Shown here piece after piece: positions 60,337 through 64,000 of a stretch of DNA of 64,000 bases. Each line of letters begins with the position of its first letter. Positions within the stretch are counted from its first letter, which is position 1. The DNA lies in contig JAXGJB010000008.1 of NCBI GenBank assembly GCA_040770465.1, positions 15,275 through 79,274 on the forward strand, written 5' to 3'. Made by a program: the position numbers and the translations under genes. The notes beneath the pieces are model-generated. The model saw only the letters and a list, made by a program, of their open reading frames with translations, was not told where the DNA came from and searched no databases. The DNA comes from Methanothrix sp. Its GTDB lineage: Archaea; Halobacteriota; Methanosarcinia; Methanotrichales; Methanotrichaceae.

Positions 60337-62037
60337 TTAGACGATCAGTCTGTACTCACCGCTGCCGCTTTCATTGTGAGTTCCACCTGCCGGGCATCTC
60401 CCCAGGCTGTTGTTCCCTGCGAAAAACAGCCCTTGGCACTTGTTACACCACCGCCAGCCGTCCTGCCCTGCAACGATTGGTGATTTAAACGCTACACTGT
60501 AGTTCCAGCTGCCGCTGTTGCTGTGAGTTCCACCTGCTGGGCATCTCCCCAGGTTGTTGTTCCCTGCGAAAAACAGCCCTTGGCACTTGTTACACCACCG
60601 CCAATTGTCCTGGCCATGTGCAATTGCGTGATTATGAATTAGCTGGTAGTTCCAGCTGCCGCTGTTGTTTGGGTGACTGTGAGTTCCACCTGCCGGGCAA
60701 CTCCCCAGGTTGTTCCCTGCGAAAAATAGCCCTTGGCACTTGTTACACCACCGCCAATTGTCCTGAGTGTTTACGCCAGCCAGATAAAACGGATGCTCGA
60801 TAAAACGCTCATTGATTATGGCCGTGGCGTCATTAAGGGCCTGGTCTTTCATGGCCTGAGTCGTGCGCACTCCCGAATGCCAGAACCACCACAGGTAGCA
60901 AGCCTGAATTGCATAACAGCTGTTACCATCCCAACGTTGGTCCATTTTCTTTCCATTGACCACTTTGTGTTTTGTATCATCCTCGCGATTCATATGGTGT
61001 GCTTCGTGAATCAGAGTTGCTGCCCGTGCCGGGGGATTTTCATTATAGAAAAAGTTCTTGTATGTCTCCACTCTATCATCACTACCTGCACCCCAAAAGG
61101 CCTTGGCATTTACATCTTTCGGCCCATCTCTGGGTTCGCACATGGCGCGCAAATCATCAATATTTTCGCGAACATACCGTCGACCCCATTGCAGCACACT
61201 TTGTGGTGCATTCCAGTTGTCATTCCTATAATCATCGGCTGAATAAGTCAACGCATACAAACCATTGAACATGCGGGCCAGAGGAAGATTGTTGTTGAGA
61301 CAATCTTCATAACCAAATCCATGACCCCAGTATTTTTCCACTAGATGGTAGGTTTTCCAGAAGTATTCAACATATTCTTGGGGCTTTTTTCCGACCCAGG
61401 ATCTAATGTGCAGCTGTCCATCTTGACCCCGGGCAAAGATATGCAGATGATCGGGGTTCATAGAGTCGACGCCTGGCGAAGAGCCGAGCATGAACTCGCC
61501 CTCATATTGCCAGTCCGTCCAATGGTCACGATCCCAGGCCTTATGCCATAGGCGATTATCGGTACCACGGACAAATACGTGGGTAGTATCAGGGCGTCGG
61601 GAACGAACATCTGGATCGCCCTTAATCCCGCCGCAGGGCGGCACACCCAAGGGTTTCCAGGGAAGCCAACCTGTGCTTAGTTGCCAAGATCTAATGTGTA
61701 GCTGTCCATCTTGACCTCGAGCAAAGACATGCAGATGCTCAGAGTTCATAGAGTCGACACCTGGCGAAGAGCCAAGGATGAACTCGCCCTCATATTGCCA
61801 GTCCGTCCAATGGTCACGATCCCAGGCCTTATGCCACAGGCGATTATCGGTACCGCGGACAAATACGTGGGTAGTATCAGGGCGTCGGGAACGGACACCT
61901 GGATCGCCCTTAATCCCGCCGCAGGGCGGCACACCCAAGGGTATCCAGTCGATCCACTTGGCACAGATTCTCTCTGAATAATAATTGTCACCCGAAATCT
62001 CTGGATCATCGTGAGGGGGGGGACCACAGGAAGTCAT
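60337..62037 (-). CDS. multidomain protein: lectin-like beta-propeller repeats + HExxH domain + 3 Cys-rich repeats
   Basis: HVFVRGTDNRLWHKAW / HVFARGQDGQLH blades; ATLIHEAHHM; 3x WRWCNKCQGLFFAG..CPAGGTH. Confidence 0.8.
   Translation of the reverse strand: MTSCGPPPHDDPEISGDNYYSERICAKWIDWIPLGVPPCGGIKGDPGVRSRRPDTTHVFVRGTDNRLWHKAWDRDHWTDWQYEGEFILGSSPGVDSMNSEHLHVFARGQDGQLHIRSWQLSTGWLPWKPLGVPPCGGIKGDPDVRSRRPDTTHVFVRGTDNRLWHKAWDRDHWTDWQYEGEFMLGSSPGVDSMNPDHLHIFARGQDGQLHIRSWVGKKPQEYVEYFWKTYHLVEKYWGHGFGYEDCLNNNLPLARMFNGLYALTYSADDYRNDNWNAPQSVLQWGRRYVRENIDDLRAMCEPRDGPKDVNAKAFWGAGSDDRVETYKNFFYNENPPARAATLIHEAHHMNREDDTKHKVVNGKKMDQRWDGNSCYAIQACYLWWFWHSGVRTTQAMKDQALNDATAIINERFIEHPFYLAGVNTQDNWRWCNKCQGLFFAGNNLGSCPAGGTHSHPNNSGSWNYQLIHNHAIAHGQDNWRWCNKCQGLFFAGNNNLGRCPAGGTHSNSGSWNYSVAFKSPIVAGQDGWRWCNKCQGLFFAGNNSLGRCPAGGTHNESGSGEYRLIV
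60345..60765 (-). repeat. three tandem ~140-bp coding repeats
   Basis: cccttggcacttgttacaccaccgcca recurs near 60430, 60577 and 60730. Confidence 0.85.
61400..61941 (-). repeat. near-identical direct duplication, 288-bp period
   Basis: 61400-61653 is nearly identical to 61688-61941 (96-aa unit). Confidence 0.9.
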
Positions 62038-62049
62038 TGTCAAAATCTC

Positions 62050-62832
62050 CTATTTGCGTTCTATCTGAACTGTTGGACTATCTTCGGTCGAAGATCGGTT
62101 GAATAGTCGACGATCGACAAATGGAACGTGAATACCTGGTGCCAGAAAGCTTTCCGGTTCCGTAGGACCTGTACCTCCGATGATCGGCGGCAAAATGCGC
62201 ACATCGAACGGATGAATATCTAGCAGGTATCGCTCATTTACAGGCAGCGTCCGTAGCAATGTGTTTCGTGCTTTTGCTCCTCCTTGTTCAATTAGAGTGT
62301 GAACGCATGCCAATTTAACGGAAAAATTTTTATGTGTGGTATGTTTTAGCAGCATTTGCTGGGCTTCTCTCTTCCCCATGCCGCTTAGGCGGCCCAGCGC
62401 TTGGATTGCGGTTAGTCGGATGACAATTTCCTTATGCACCGTGCTGTATTCCACCCCCGAATTTCCATCATCGGACTTTGCTCTTTCAGGTGGAATCTCA
62501 CTGGAAAGGATCTCATCCAGAATCGGCAGGGATGCTGGATGTTTCAGGTCACCCAGGAGCTGAACAAGCGACCTACGTCTCAGGTAGGCTGTTTCATTTG
62601 AATCCTTGAATTCAGCCTCTATGATGCCAACCACTTCCGCAGCTCTTTTACGCAGCGGCTTAAGGCAGGACTGATAGTCCTTCTCGACATCAATGCCTGG
62701 CCTTTTCATAATTCGCATGGCTGCTTGAACCTGCTCTGCTAAAAGGTTGCCCTGAAATTTGGAAAAACTCCTCGGGGCATGTTCTAGAGAAGTCATCTTT
62801 ATCGAAAATGAGTCTGAGTCATCTTCGCTCAT
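62050..62832 (-). CDS. HEAT repeat protein
   Basis: GGAGGAGG RBS; RRSLVQLLGDL.HP.SLP.L, IRL.AIQALGRL, VKLACV.TL. Confidence 0.75.
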   Translation of the reverse strand: MSEDDSDSFSIKMTSLEHAPRSFSKFQGNLLAEQVQAAMRIMKRPGIDVEKDYQSCLKPLRKRAAEVVGIIEAEFKDSNETAYLRRRSLVQLLGDLKHPASLPILDEILSSEIPPERAKSDDGNSGVEYSTVHKEIVIRLTAIQALGRLSGMGKREAQQMLLKHTTHKNFSVKLACVHTLIEQGGAKARNTLLRTLPVNERYLLDIHPFDVRILPPIIGGTGPTEPESFLAPGIHVPFVDRRLFNRSSTEDSPTVQIERK

Positions 62833-62876
62833 TTTAACCTCCTCCAACAATACTGTTCACATATTATTTGTTCATG

Positions 62877-62893
62877 TATATAAACTTATCTTT
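62877..62893 (-). promoter_or_regulatory. BRE/TATA promoter of the HEAT cassette
   Basis: Minus strand AAAGATAAG-TTTATATA, 45 nt upstream of the ATG. Confidence 0.55.
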
Positions 62894-63066
62894 TTTTTAA
62901 AAAATTAAGTTCCAACAATTCCATCTACAAAATATATTTTGCATTTTTTTCAAAAAACTTTATAGCTTTCATTTTTCCGTCATTGACATCGATCATCTCG
63001 CGATGAATAATCTCCTTAATTCGACAATGTTCTCGATTACACTTTCCTTTGCTCCTTAGCTCGCTC

Positions 63067-64000
63067 TTACCAAACTTTCCCCGCCAGGCAGTACCTGACA
63101 AGAAGCTTCAGAAGAGGCGCGTACTTCGGCTTCGCGATCCCCGGATGCCGCAGGCCTCGCCAGATCAGCCATGGGCTCGCGGTGAACTTGAGGCCGGGGA
63201 AGACCAGGCCGTCCATGGCCGTGCCGAGCCTCGACAGCTCGTCGTTCGATAGGTTCGCCAGAACGTCTCTCGCCTTCAGGTGAAGGTCGGAGGCGACGAA
63301 GTCCCTCCTCATCCTCGCCTCGTACTCTATCCTCCTCGTCTCGCCCCGGAGGAAACGGTCGATGGCGTCGGCGGCGATCCGGGCGGACCGGGCCGCCGGG
63401 TAGAGGCCGCCGCCGGTGAAGGGGTTGGTGAGCCCCCCGGCGTCCCCGATCAGGACGGCCCGTCCTCCCTGGAGCCTCTCGGCCACGCCCAGGGGTATGG
63501 CGCCCCCGTTCTTCTCCACGATCTCGCCCTCGATTTTGTACTTCGATATGAACCTCTTCAGGGTCGGGACCGTCCCGAAGCAGCCGACGTTGGCGGTGCC
63601 AGCCTCGTTCTTTGGAAAGATCCAGCATGAGTAGGGCTCGGAGGGAAGGTCGCGGTCGATGTATGCGTATATGGCGTCGTCCTCGGGCCAGGTCATCTCC
63701 ACCTGGGCCGCGGGGACGAGCCGGTTTCTTGTGCCCATCGCCCTTCCGACCCTCGACGCCGGGCCGTCGGCCCCGACGATCGCCTCGGCCCTGATCGTCT
63801 CGCCCCCCCGGAGATGGAGGACGCCGGATTCGAGGTCGATCTCCTCTACCTTGCTCCCGAGGGCGAGTTCGGCCCCCGCCCGCTCTGCCAGCTTCAATAG
63901 ATGCTGGTCGAATCGGGGCCGATCGAGCATCAACACCTCCCCCCTCACCCTGTAGCTCGCCAGGTTCGGGAAGACGACCTGAAGGTAGCGGGCCTTGCCG
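63067..64000 (-). CDS. geranylgeranyl reductase family FAD oxidoreductase, 5' end outside window
   Basis: LDR..FD..L...A..AGA, IVGADG, WIFPK....NVG, LIGDAGG..NPFTGGG. Confidence 0.88.
   Translation of the reverse strand, partial: GKARYLQVVFPNLASYRVRGEVLMLDRPRFDQHLLKLAERAGAELALGSKVEEIDLESGVLHLRGGETIRAEAIVGADGPASRVGRAMGTRNRLVPAAQVEMTWPEDDAIYAYIDRDLPSEPYSCWIFPKNEAGTANVGCFGTVPTLKRFISKYKIEGEIVEKNGGAIPLGVAERLQGGRAVLIGDAGGLTNPFTGGGLYPAARSARIAADAIDRFLRGETRRIEYEARMRRDFVASDLHLKARDVLANLSNDELSRLGTAMDGLVFPGLKFTASPWLIWRGLRHPGIAKPKYAPLLKLLVRYCLAGKVW

Noticed and set aside
60345-61941. Direct repeats as a CRISPR array
   Set aside because: The repeats are long, in frame and inside a coding sequence, with no unique spacers and no cas genes

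Overview
GC-rich euryarchaeal DNA, most likely a Methanothrix/Methanocrinis (Methanosaeta harundinacea-like) methanogen. This is inferred from Mch, aIF5A-agmatinase, archaemetzincin, a geranylgeranyl reductase, TATA/BRE-type promoters and GGAGGTG ribosome-binding sites. Main blocks: (1) a divergent formate/redox cluster, fdhC-nfnB(sudA) <> fdhF-nfnA(sudB), beside glutamate dehydrogenase and an FMN glutamate-synthase-family gene; (2) metal, membrane and housekeeping genes; (3) a toxin-antitoxin hotspot next to an intact ISL3 element; (4) Mrr followed by a complete bacterial-type Na+ N-ATPase operon (atpDCQRBEFAG); (5) an AT-rich island (about 49.6-53.15 kb) encoding Trypco1-like, trypsin-Ig-EAD and unknown-domain-EAD proteins, my best candidate for an undescribed protease-gated conflict/defence system, bordered by an ORF-less 282-bp MITE with perfect 17-bp TIRs and a 6-bp TSD; (6) a second AT-rich two-gene cassette encoding a HEAT protein and a lectin-propeller/HExxH/Cys-repeat protein. 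Several small ORFs missing from the ORF track, and a probable CTG start for mch, were found by manual reading. All family assignments come from motif recognition; no database search was run. No rRNA, tRNA or CRISPR array was recognised.
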